Shown piece by piece: positions 50,804 through 61,496 of a stretch of 62,358 bases of DNA. This DNA is from Octopus bimaculoides (taxonomy: Eukaryota): NCBI RefSeq assembly GCF_001194135.2, contig NC_068997.1, positions 15,878,973 to 15,941,330 of the forward strand. Reading direction: 5' to 3'. Numbering within the stretch: the first letter of the stretch is position 1; every line of letters starts with the position of its first letter. The notes beneath the pieces were generated by a model. It was not told where the DNA came from. It ran no database searches and was given only the letters and a program-made list of their open reading frames with translations. Made by a program: the position numbers and the translations under genes.

Positions 50804-51069
50804 TGTTTGTGGAAAACTTGTAATGTATCAGATACTGTTTGGTCATATATTTTTCCAAGCAACATACAGAATTAAAAATTTTACTTCATTCTATCACTCA
50901 GCTTTGTTATCCATAATCTCCATAACACTGAACTTCTTTATTAAATTTCTACCCATTGGCAAAAGAAAAACAAATGCTTGAAAAATGCTGCCCCGGATGA
51001 TATTTAGATGATGTTTCGACAATTACCTCTTTTTCATATTTTTAACCATCTTTATTTTTCTTTTCACAG

Positions 51070-51180
51070 ACTGTATCACCCACTGGAACTGATAGCGTGA
51101 CATATTATCAAACTGGTAATTTAGAGATATTCTTTACTAAGATGAACCTGGGAGACTTTCTCTAAACAAAATGATTCAAG
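51070..51180 (+). other. Candidate spliced exon (111 bp), probably non-coding or UTR
   Basis: Long polypyrimidine tract ctttatttttcttttcacag as acceptor and consensus donor aag|gtaagt; all three frames contain stops. Confidence 0.35.
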
Positions 51181-52639
51181 GTAAGTCCAACTGAAAATTT
51201 ATTCCTTTTAAAGTATTTTTCAGTATACAAATTTACATAGTATATAGTGTAAACATTTGGTGAAAACACTCAAACATCGTCTCTGTCTTTCCAAATCTTG
51301 CTGCATTTCACATGGAATTTATTGTTCTTCAAAGTCATCTTGGTATATAAGTCGACTTATCTTTTTTGGCAGTAAATTTTTGTTTGTAAATTTCGACTCG
51401 TATGGCGAAAAGTACATCATCTGTTTCAATTTGAGAGTTTAAAGTTGCTAATTTTAGTCTCTATATTTCACGCACCGCTAAAAATATTGTTTATCTATCA
51501 AAAGCTAATGAGGAACATTTTCATTTCTGAAAGAAGAAGAATAAGAGAATTTTCTATAAAAACTTCTCAATAGCTGCAGATCAGATTTTGAAAGAATAAT
51601 CTATTTTTATTCATAGTTCTTGGGAAAAAATTATCACTTAATAAAAATAACATTAAAATTATGCATAAATACATATGTATGCATATATATGTATACATAC
51701 ATACATACATACATATATATATATNNNNNNNNNNNNNNNNNNNNNNNNNNNNNNNNNNNNNNNNNNNNNNNNNNNNNNNNNNNNNNNNNNNNNNNNNNNN
51801 NNNNNNNNNNNNNNNNNNNNNNNNNNNNNNNNNNNNNNNNNNNNNNNNNNNNNNNNNNNNNNNNNNNNNNNNNNNNNNNNNNNNNNNNNNNNNNNNNNNN
51901 NNNNNNNNNNNNNNNNNNNNNNNNNNNNNNNNNNNNNNNNNNNNNNNNNNNNNNNNNNNNNNNNNNNNNNNNNNNNNNNNNNNNNNNNNNNNNNNNNNNN
52001 NNNNNNNNNNNNNNNNNNNNNNNNNNNNNNNNNNNNNNNNNNNNNNNNNNNNNNNNNNNNNNNNNNNNNNNNNNNNNNNNNNNNNNNNNNNNNNNNNNNN
52101 NNNNNNNNNNNNNNNNNNNNNNNNNNNNNNNNNNNNNNNNNNNNNNNNNNNNNNNNNNNNNNNNNNNNNNNNNNNNNNNNNNNNNNNNNNNNNNNNNNNN
52201 NNNNNNNNNNNNNNNNNNNNNNNNNNNNNNNNNNNNNNNNNNNNNNNNNNNNNNNNNNNNNNNNNNNNNNNNNNNNNNNNNNNNNNNNNNNNNNNNNNNN
52301 NNNNNNNNNNNNNNNNNNNNNNNNNNNNNNNNNNNNNNNNNNNNNNNNNNNNNNNNNNNNNNNNNNNNNNNNNNNNNNNNNNNNNNNNNNNNNNNNNNNN
52401 NNNNNNNNNNNNNNNNNNNNNNNNNNNNNNNNNNNNNNNNNNNNNNNNNNNNNNNNNNNNNNTATATATACACTATTTATTTGTGAGTGGATGTATAGTG
52501 AGTGTATATACAGCTGTTGTGTGTGAGCATGTATATGTTGTGTGTGTGTGGAAGAACCTTGCCTATGTGCATGTGAGTATGTGTATGGACACAAACACAC
52601 ACGTGTCATTTTCTTCTTGTTTGCATTTGTAATTGTGTA

Positions 52640-53410
52640 ACATTTTCTTCGTTTTTTCTTTTATTCCTTTCTCGTTTTCTTTGTCTTTGTTGTCATACAC
52701 ATTCGCTTGCTTTCTCCCAAAATATATAATGCTCTTAGGTTAGATTTTTGGGGCCAGCCAGATTTGAACAGTTTCAAGTGTAACCGGCCAAAACTGTAAG
52801 GATAATCTGGAAACTTGACTGAAGAGAGAAGTTTAGGAATGACCCATCCTTGTTTTCTTCCTTTCCGTCTTTGTATCGTCTGTCTGTCCGGATCTTTTAT
52901 TGTCGTCTGTTGNNNNNNNNNNNNNNNNNNNNNNNNNNNNNNNNNNNNNNNNNNNNNNNNNNNNNNNNNNNNNNNNNNNNNNNNNNNNNNNNNNNNNNNN
53001 NNNNNNNNNNNNNNNNNNNNNNNNNNNNNNNNNNNNNNNNNNNNNNNNNNNNNNNNNNNATATATATTCGTTCCTTAGTCGAAAGACATCTGTTATGTCC
53101 CGTTATTATTCCTATTGTATTTATGTAACATTGTTCGTTTTTTTTTTTCGTCCTAGTTTTTGTATACATTCGCTGCTTTCTTCTAAGGAATCTAATGCTC
53201 TTAGCTTAGTTTTTCCTTGGGGCTGACCAGATTGGAGCAATATCGAAAATAATCAGCCGAAACTGCAAGGATAATCTGGATCTCGACTGAAGAAAGAAAA
53301 TTCCGAATGACATGTCCGTGTTTTCTTTGTATCGTCTATCTGGATGTTTTGTTGTCCCTTTCTTGTACCACCTAACTGTCTGGTTGTTTTGTCTTCTTGT
53401 CCCATTCTGT
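52640..53410 (+). mobile_element. Two tandem copies of unclassified family E separated by a gap
   Basis: Both contain tacattcgc...taatgctcttag...ggggc..ccagatt...ccgaaact/ccaaaact...aaggataatctgga...gactgaaga...gaatgac...ctttgtatcgtct. Confidence 0.75.
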
Positions 53411-53434
53411 ATGATATATATATACAGGTTTAGA

Positions 53435-53632
53435 TTTCGGCCACAGGGCCAGCAATTTCAAGGAAGGAGTTAAGTTGATTACATTGATGTCGGTACCTGA
53501 CTGGTCTTTATTCTATCGACCCTGAAGGATAAAAGGCAAATTTGACGTCGGCAGATTTTGAACCCAGAACGTAAAGACGGACAAAACACCAGAGCTAACT
53601 ATTCATTTTTTCCCGGCGTGCTAACAATCTTC
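53435..53632 (-). mobile_element. SINE family B, degenerate (tail type iii)
   Basis: gattacattgatgtcggtacctgactggtc...atcgacctgaaggataaaaggcaaatttgacgtcggcagattttgaacccagaacgtaaagacgg. Confidence 0.82.
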
Positions 53633-53824
53633 CACATATACATACATACATACATACATACATACATACATACATACATGCACGCACACATACACACACA
53701 CACGTATATGTATATATATATGCACATGTATATCATGTGTGCGATATTATACGCAAAGTGTGTGAGCATGTATACACAAGATGTGTATGAGTGTTATATG
53801 CAGTGTGTGCGAATGTGTGTGCGA

Positions 53825-53855
<31 letters not shown>

Positions 53856-54789
53856 TGTGTCTGGGTGTGTGTGCATCCGTGTGAAAGTGTGTGCGAGACA
53901 GGAGACAAGGTTTTAGACATTAAGAGAGAGTGACTTCCCCCCAAACCTCCAAGACAGATTCTGTGGACCATGAAAAACATGTCATGAAGACATGTGAACT
54001 GTTAAGCTGGTGTTGCCTCTATAATTATTAGATCGGNNNNNNNNNNNNNNNNNNNNNNNNNNNNNNNNNNNNNNNNNNNNNNNNNNNNNNNNNNNNNNNN
54101 NNNNNNNNNNNNNNNNNNNNNNNNNNNNNNNNNNNNNNNNNNNNNNNNNNNNNNNNNNNNNNNNNNNNNNNNNNNNNNNNNNNNNNNNNNNNNNNNNNNN
54201 NNNNNNNNNNNNNNNNNNNNNNNNNNNNNNNNNNNNNNNNNNNNNNNNNNNNNNNNNNNNNNNNNNNNNNNNNNNNNNNNNNNNNNNNNNNNNNNNNNNN
54301 NNNNNNNNNNNNNNNNNNNNNNNNNNNNNNNNNNNNNNNNNNNNNNNNNNNNNNNNNNNNNNNNNNNNNNNNNTGGTGGTGGTGGTGGCGGTTGTGGTGT
54401 TGGTAAGGGTAATGATGCTACAGTGAAGGTGATGGAAATAGTTCAGGTGGTGAGGGTGGTGGTGTTGGTGGTGATGCTGGTTATAGTGGTGGCCAGGAAT
54501 GTTGGTCGTGGTGGTGGTGGTGGTGGTGGTCGTCGTCGTAATTGTTGTATTTGTTGTTAATTAACGCTTGGTCAACCATGACTGTCCAAATCAGAAGCAG
54601 TAACCAAAACCATTCCAGCCGTGACAATCCCATCGCTTACCTGTGTGCAGATAAACCAATGCACCTTTGTTCTAAGACAGTAGGATGTATGATATGAGGG
54701 TGGTTAAGCTGTTATTTCTACCAATGGCATCTAATGATAGTGTTGTTAAGTGGCATGGCCATAATAGTGGTGAAATATCTCTTAAATTA

Positions 54790-55086
54790 AGGGTCCTTTG
54801 GGAATCCATATGGCCCTTAGGAGTCTATGTGGCCCTTGCAGATACATAGAGCTCTTGGGTATTCATATAAGATTTTGTTGTTAAAATTTATGTGCGATAA
54901 ATTGGGTTTTCATCTACGATATACAAGATATTTCAATAATTTTTTTAAATACAATTTCTTATAATATTTAATTATAAAAATCTAATAGGATTTTTTTTTG
55001 ATATCGAATGGTTTTGAGACCCCTCCCCGAGTAAAATAGGAAATAATGGGGTCCATAAGTAAAAAAAAAATGGTTGAGAAACACTG
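54790..55086. mobile_element. hAT-Charlie-like non-autonomous element with an intact right end
   Basis: Ends ggggtccataagtaaaaaaaaaatggttgagaaacactg, whose reverse complement CAGTGTTTCTCAAC is a Charlie-type terminus. The left end is eroded. Confidence 0.6.
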
Positions 55087-55284
55087 TTCCAGGTGATCGC
55101 ATGCCCTGCTTAAAATATCAGCCAAATTTCCTTTAAACTACACCCTACAGACATGGATACTCCATGCCTCACTAAAATACGTTACGGCCATGGCTGGAAC
55201 GCTTTTGCCAAGGATCTGCAGGATCAGAGGCTTACATAACAACTAGAAAACCAGCGCAATACCACTAAACCGCGGTACAAAGTA

Positions 55285-55445
55285 CATTAGTGTAGCTAGA
55301 TCGGGTGGGGACGGTCCACCCCGGGTGACACTTTTAAAGGTGCATCACTTTTGGGTCGGCTGTATGCAATATACGTTTTTTGTGGGGTTCGGAGCAGCAA
55401 ATAGAAGGACCGCCTCGGGCGGTACACACTCTATCGACGCTATTG
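55285..55445. mobile_element. hAT-type MITE, 161 bp, with 8 bp TSD
   Basis: Imperfect TIRs cattagtgtagctaga and tctatcgacgctattg (12/16); TSD acaaagta (55277-55284) and ataaagta (55446-55453), 7/8. Confidence 0.72.
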
Positions 55446-55549
55446 ATAAAGTATTACCCACTACACATTTCGAAAACACAGTAATGATAAACAAACAATA
55501 CCGCAATATAATACCGCTTCGACACGTTCTTGTGCCAAAAAGAAAGATC

Positions 55550-55725
55550 ACTGGACCTGCTAGAAATGCGAGCTAAATTTTCTTTAAACTACCCTCTTAC
55601 GTACTGAAAGGAGAAGGGCACACTTTCGATAAAGTATTCTTAAATAGATTGGGTTGTTCTTGGCAAGCAAAAAATTGTCTTTTTATTATAGATCTTTCTC
55701 GATCAGGACTGATCTGGGGGCTCAT
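55550..55725 (-). mobile_element. Family I copy; further pieces at 44885-44950, 45305-45372, 54560-54740 and 55090-55245
   Basis: ctggacctgctagaaatgcgagctaaattttctttaaact...cgatcaggactgatctggggg. Confidence 0.55.
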
Positions 55726-55763
55726 CTCAAATCACCACCATCACCACTACGACCACCATCACC

Positions 55764-55816
<53 letters not shown>

Positions 55817-56028
55817 ATTAACACTGCGCAGTGTCACTACGGAATATCACCCTCCATTACATTCTGTTTGCTACACAGCAAGACTACTCATACAGCTAAA
55901 CACTCCTCATTATTTACACAATCCCACTACACACAAAACACACGTTACTATTTATTACTACACTATCTCATTATCACACTATTACAACATAATACTGTTT
56001 TTTACTACACACACACACACACACACTC

Positions 56029-56226
56029 CAGGGGTGTATATTCCGGTTGCGTTAGGTGTGTGCTGCACACCCATCGGAAAATTGGTAAATTCATTATAAA
56101 TATTAACCTTATTCATTAATTTAATTACAGGCCTTTATAGCAAAAACTTTTCTTATAAACCTGCTTGAAATTTGGTGGCGCTGGGTGTAGCAGCACACCC
56201 AATACAACAGCCAGCATACGCCATTG
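56029..56226. mobile_element. Candidate hAT-like MITE, 198 bp
   Basis: Ends caggggtgtat and atacgccattg (8/11); subterminal gctgcacaccc and gcagcacaccc motifs. Flanks acacactc and gcacacac are low-information. Confidence 0.5.
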
Positions 56227-56438
56227 GCACACACAAACTAGTACATACACACGCCCACACACACACACACACAAACGCGCGCGCGCGCATGCATGCACGC
56301 ACGCACACAACACAGTGGTATTTATTACAATAAGTACTGGGGGGGGGGCGATTCGTTCGACTAAAAGAACCATTCTTCAAGGCGGTGCCCCAGCATGGCC
56401 TGGGTCTAATGACTGAAACAATTATTAAAAAAAAAAAA

Positions 56439-56815
56439 CAGGAGTGGCTGTGTGGTAAGTAGCTAGCTTACCAACCGCATGGTCCCGGGTTCAGTCCCAC
56501 TGCGCGGCATCTTGGGCAAGTGTTTTCTACTATAGNNNNNNNNNNNNNNNNNNNNNNNNNNNNNNNNNNNNNNNNNNNNNNNNNNNNNNNNNNNNNNNNN
56601 NNNNNNNNNNNNNNNNNNNNNNNNNNNAACATCGCTTGACAACCGATGCTGGTGTGTTTATGTCCCCGTAACTTAGCGGTTCGGCAAAAGAGATCGATAG
56701 AATAAGTACTAGGCTTCTAAAGAATAAGTCCTGGGGTCGATTTGCTCGACTAAAAAAAAAAAGGCGGTGCTCCAGCATGGCCACAGTCAAAAGACTGAAA
56801 CAAGTAAAAGAGTAA
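56439..56815 (+). mobile_element. SINE family A, full length (spacer in gap); a separate A tail fragment lies at 56330-56425
   Basis: caggagtggctgtgtggtaagtagc...cttgggcaag; tail aacatcgcttgacaaccgatgctgg...gactgaaacaagtaaaagagtaaaa. Confidence 0.95.
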
Positions 56816-56924
56816 AAAAAAGAAAAAAAGGACAAAAAGAAGTCCTGACTATTCACACAACACATCGGTGTTTATTACTACACAATCCCAACTATACACA
56901 ACATAGTGATACCACGCACACAGT

Positions 56925-57055
56925 GTGTAGTAATACTACGTACTCCGTACTACGCACACAGTGGAAAGAAGGTATTAATTAGTAATACTACGCACACAGT
57001 AATACTACGCACACAGTAATACTATGCACACAGTGGAAACAAGGTATTAATTACT
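56925..57055. repeat. Complex minisatellite: 3 x 17 bp (agtaatactacgcacac) inside a duplicated about 33 bp unit
   Basis: 17-mer units at 56981, 56998 and 57015; tacta(c/t)gcacacagtggaaa(g/c)aaggtattaatt occurs twice. Confidence 0.85.
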
Positions 57056-57808
57056 ACAACGCAGTATCTAAGGATGTCACTATACAAGTTCCCATCACAA
57101 ATACCATACGGTGTGTCATCAGAATATTCAACTGATTACACAGTCCTAATGTACAACACTTCTTTATGCGTAGTACTACAATGCACTATTTGCACGGTAC
57201 TGCAACACGGCAGACGATCGCTTCAACACATCCATTTCACAGGAGACGCCATGGAAGAGCCGTGATAGACTGCGTTATTCCAGAAAAACACAAAGAGGAA
57301 GCGAGCCCATTACAGTGATTTAACAGTAAAGGTGGCGCCACCGATATGCTCCGTTAACACTCTGTGTGAGGTCTGTTGAGTTCTTTGTAGCAATGGAATG
57401 GTTCAGGAAACCTTTGAGTAACGATGCTAATTAACAGAGCCATCACCATCTGAATGGATGCCAGCAACTTCCTTATTCCCATTACGCACGCGTACACAAG
57501 CGCGAGCGCATACACACACACGCACACATGCATGCGTTCGCGCATACACACACACACAGACGTACGCGCACGCACATATGCATACACACACAAACATGCA
57601 TACACACTCATGCTCTCACACATATCAAGCACACACGTATACGTACACCCTTTCACACACCTGAATACACACATATGCACATACATACATACATACATAC
57701 ATACATACATACATGCATACATACATGCATACATACAAGTATATCTACATACGAACACACACTCATACGCACACTTACAAAAATACATTTGTAAAGCACA
57801 CACACACT

Positions 57809-57843
<35 letters not shown>

Positions 57844-58214
57844 CTGTATAACACGCGCACGTCACACACACACTCACACACACACACATATATATTTCAC
57901 GCGCACGTTCATTGCGCATACATGCATATAATATACATATAACACACACACAGACTCTAATACACATACACATACAGTGCACATAATGTGATGCATACAC
58001 GTGTATATACACATATATGGATATCATAGACACACACAGACATGCACGTTACTTATGCATCGCAATTATAACACACACGCAATCACACACATTAGTGTAC
58101 CACACAAATATATTTGTGGCATACACAAATACACGCATACACAAATACACGCATACACATATTCATGTATACATAAATAAGCATATATATATACATGTGT
58201 GTGTGTGTATCTAT

Positions 58215-58606
58215 ACTCTTTACTCTTTTACTTGTTTCAGTCATTTGACTGCGGCCATGCTGGAGCACCGCCTTTAGTCGAGCAAATCGACCCCAGGACT
58301 TATTCTTTGGAAGCCAAGTTCTTATTCTATCGGTCTCTTTTGAGGAACCGCTAAGTTACGGGGACGTAAACACACCAGCATCCGTTGTCAAGCGATGTTG
58401 GCGGGGACAAACACAGACACAAACACACACATACAGATANNNNNNNNNNNNNNNNNNNNNNNNNNNNNNNNNNNNNNNNNNNNNNNNNNNNNNNNNNNNN
58501 NNNNNNNNNNNNNNNNNNNNNNNNNNNNNNNNNNNNNNNNNNNNNNNNNNNNNNNNNNNNNNNNNNNNNNNNNNNNNNNNNNNNNNNNNNNNNNNNNNNN
58601 NNNNNN

Positions 58607-58650
<44 letters not shown>

Positions 58651-58816
58651 AATATATATATATATATACATATATACGACGGGCTTCTTTCAGTTTCCGT
58701 CTGCCAAATCTACTCGCAAGGCTTTGGTCGGCCCGAGGCTATAGTAGAAGACACTTGCCCAAGGTGTCACGCAGTGAGACTGAACCCGCAACCATGTGGT
58801 TGGTAAGCAAGCTACT
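58215..58816 (-). mobile_element. SINE family A, nearly full length, with expanded TA spacer and gap
   Basis: Tail tactcttttactcttttacttgtttcagtcatttgactgcggccatgctgg...; head cgacgggcttctttcagtttccgtc...accatgtggttggtaagcaagctact. Confidence 0.95.
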
Positions 58817-58907
58817 ATACACGTATACATGTGTACATCTATGCAAATATACATACTCACACATACACGCATTCATGCTCATGTCAATACAAACATATAT
58901 ACATAGA

Positions 58908-59067
58908 CGCAGGTGTAGCCGTGTGGTAAGAAGCTTGCTTCCCAATCACGTGGTTCCAGGTTCAGTTGCACTGCGTGACATCTTGGACAAGTGTTTTCCA
59001 CTATAGCCGCGAGCCGACCGAAGCCTTTCGAGTGGGTTTGGTTGACGGAAACTGAAAGAAGCCCGTC

Positions 59068-59070
<3 letters not shown>
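58908..59070 (+). mobile_element. SINE family A head half
   Basis: cgcaggtgtagccgtgtggtaagaagcttgcttccc...ggaaactgaaagaagcccgtcg, then (TG)n. Confidence 0.92.
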
Positions 59071-59133
<63 letters not shown>

Positions 59134-59451
59134 GTGGCAGCAGCTTTATAGGTTCTCGGACAAATTAGTACACTGAGCCCAATAGTATTTATGTATTGCC
59201 TGTAAGCCATTGTATACATAGATCAAAATGAAGCCCATAGATCCTTGAGGGCGCTGGGCAACTACCCGGTATGCGCTTGCTTTGAGGTCGCAATGACAGA
59301 AAGATAAGAAGGTAATGACAGACAGATAGATGGACACATATGCATACCAACAATTCACACATGAATTCATACAGACGAGCAAAGCAAGCCGCTTAAGCAT
59401 AGCTATTTCACAGGAAAAAAATAAAAAGCAATAAGACAATAATGTTGATTT

Positions 59452-59585
59452 CAAATTTTGGCACAAAACCAGCAACTTCTGGGTAAGGTAAATCGATTAC
59501 ATCGACTCCAGTCTTCAACTGGTACCTATTTTATTAACCTCGAAAGGATGAAAGGGCAAAGAGACCTCGGCGGACTTTTGACCAA
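59452..59585 (-). mobile_element. SINE family B 3' part (tail type iii)
   Basis: ttggcacaaaaccagcaac...atcgattacatcgactccag...ctggtacc...cgaaaggatgaaagggcaaagagacctcggcgga. Confidence 0.85.
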
Positions 59586-59640
59586 GGTCTACTTCCTCTT
59601 TCTGATTGCTAAAATTGTTGCAATATCTATGAGTGGAGGA

Positions 59641-60008
59641 AAGCGGCGAGCTGGCAGAAACGTTTGCACACCGGGTGAAATGCTTAGCGGTATTTCGTCT
59701 GCTGTTACGTTCTGAGTTCAAATTCCTCCGAGGTCGACTTTGCCTTTCATCGTTTCGGGGTAGATAAATTAAGTACCAGTTACGTACTGGCGTCGATGTA
59801 ATCGACTTAATCCCTTTGACTGTCCTTATTTGTCCCCTCTATGTTTAGCCCTTTGTGGGCAATAAAGAAATAAGAAACGTTAGCACGCCGGGCGAAATGC
59901 TTAGCGCATTTCGTCTGTCTTTACGTTCTGAGCCGAGGTCGACTTTGCCTTTCATCCTTTCGGGGTCGATAAATTAAGTACCAGTTGCGTACTGGCGTCG
60001 ATCTAATC
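59641..60008 (+). mobile_element. Head-to-tail pair of SINE family B copies (59641-59878 full length, 59873-60008 running into a gap)
   Basis: aagcggcgagctggcagaaacg...gggcaataaagaaataagaaac continues directly into gttagcacgccgggcgaaatgcttagcg. Confidence 0.95.
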
Positions 60009-60177
60009 NNNNNNNNNNATTAAAATAAGACTTGTTACATGATTTTTATCAATACCGATTTTAGCAATACCTCCCTCAAAATTTAAAAGAACACGTGATT
60101 GATTGAATATTCTTTTCTATTCTAGGCACAAGGCCCGAAATTTTAGGGGAGGGAGACAATCTTCTAATGTGTTTTGG

Positions 60178-60350
60178 GACTTCTTCTTCTTCTTCTTCTT
60201 TTTCTTCTTCTTCTTCTTCTTCTTCTTCTTCTTCTTCTTCTTCTTCTTCTTCTCCTTCTTCTTCTCCTTCTCCTTCTTCTTCTTCTTCTTCTTCTTCTTC
60301 TTCTTCTTCTTCTTCTTCTTCTTCTTCTAGTCCTTCTTCTTCTTCTTCAT
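60178..60350. repeat. (CTT)n microsatellite, about 170 bp
   Basis: Directly visible. Confidence 0.97.
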
Positions 60351-60479
60351 TGCTGATGTGATATTCCTTTTCCACCTCTTCCTCCTACACCTCTTCTCCT
60401 ACCTACACCTCTTCCTTCTCCCCATCTCCCTCCTCCGCCTTCTCTTCCTCCGCCCTCTCTTCCTCCTCCTCTTCCTCAA

Positions 60480-60882
60480 CACCAACGGCAACAGCACCAT
60501 CATCATCATCGTTATACTATGAAGGCCGAACACCACCACCACCACCGCTAACATCACTATCATCACTATCACAATCGCCATCGTTATCATCGTCATCATC
60601 ATCATCATCATCATCATCATCAATAGCAACAAGAACAATAACCACTCCAGTAACCTCATCGTTCTGTTCGTTATCGAACTATCATTTCACCCCCCTTCCC
60701 TCTTCCTCTCCTCAACCTCACCATTCCACGTGCTACCAAGACAACCATTTTCCAAACCGTTCTATAACCACCACCATTACCGCCCACTCCAACCACAAAT
60801 ATAATCCTCATTATCACCATCATCATCGTCATCATCATCATCATCGTCATCATCATCATCATCATCACCACCACCACCATCG

Positions 60883-60958
<76 letters not shown>

Positions 60959-61300
60959 CATCGTCATCGTCGTCATCATCATCATCATTATTATCACCAT
61001 CATCATCATCATCGTCATCGTCATCATTCAAACGATTAGTTTGTTTTAATCCCTTCTGTCATCAGCCAGATATCACCGCGGCTATCAGCGCAACCATCAA
61101 CCCAACCACAACCATCGACATCCCCCCTCCTCCACCATCACCACCATCACTACTACTACTACTACTACTACCACCAACATCACTGCACTCCATCCTCACC
61201 ATCACCACCGCCGCCGCCGCCACCACCACCACCATCATCGCCACCACCACTGCCAGCACATTACCACTGACTAATACCACGGTTATTAGTCTAATTATGT
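60480..61300. repeat. (CAT)n/(CAC)n/(CTA)n trinucleotide mosaic
   Basis: Directly visible. Confidence 0.92.
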
Positions 61301-61457
61301 CATCGCTGTCATCAATGATGTCACCTTGTAATTCATTCTGATAATATCTGGGATGCTGGATGGGGAGAAGTCTACCTTGCCAACCCCTGCGCTAGCACAC
61401 ACACACACGCACAAACATTCGCAAAACTAACAACCACACACACACACACGTACACAT

Positions 61458-61496
<39 letters not shown>

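Larger units (their letters stand above)
951..60018. other. About 31 assembly gaps (N runs, roughly 10.5 kb in total) scattered through the window
   Basis: N runs, e.g. 951-1830, 5927-6395, 12558-13400, 21148-21968, 42371-43205, 51725-52462; most are flanked by (TA)n, (CA)n or (GA)n. Confidence 0.95.

Noticed and set aside
50178-50950. Minus-strand protein-like stretches (e.g. ILKDIVTNVNGKRFEEIL) with gtgagt and gtaagt donors around the SINE F insertion
   Set aside because: Every frame is interrupted by stops, the acceptor is poor and no family is recognised; a tBLASTx search would be needed to revive it.
51340-51416. gtatataagtcgac...tttcgactcgtatggcg resembling a pogo/Tigger-type MITE end
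   Set aside because: Too short and degenerate; no left TIR or TA TSD could be established.
57370-57445. Possible miRNA hairpin ggtctgttga...ttaacagagcc
   Set aside because: Only about 9 terminal pairs; the interior does not pair, and there is no match to conserved miRNAs I know.
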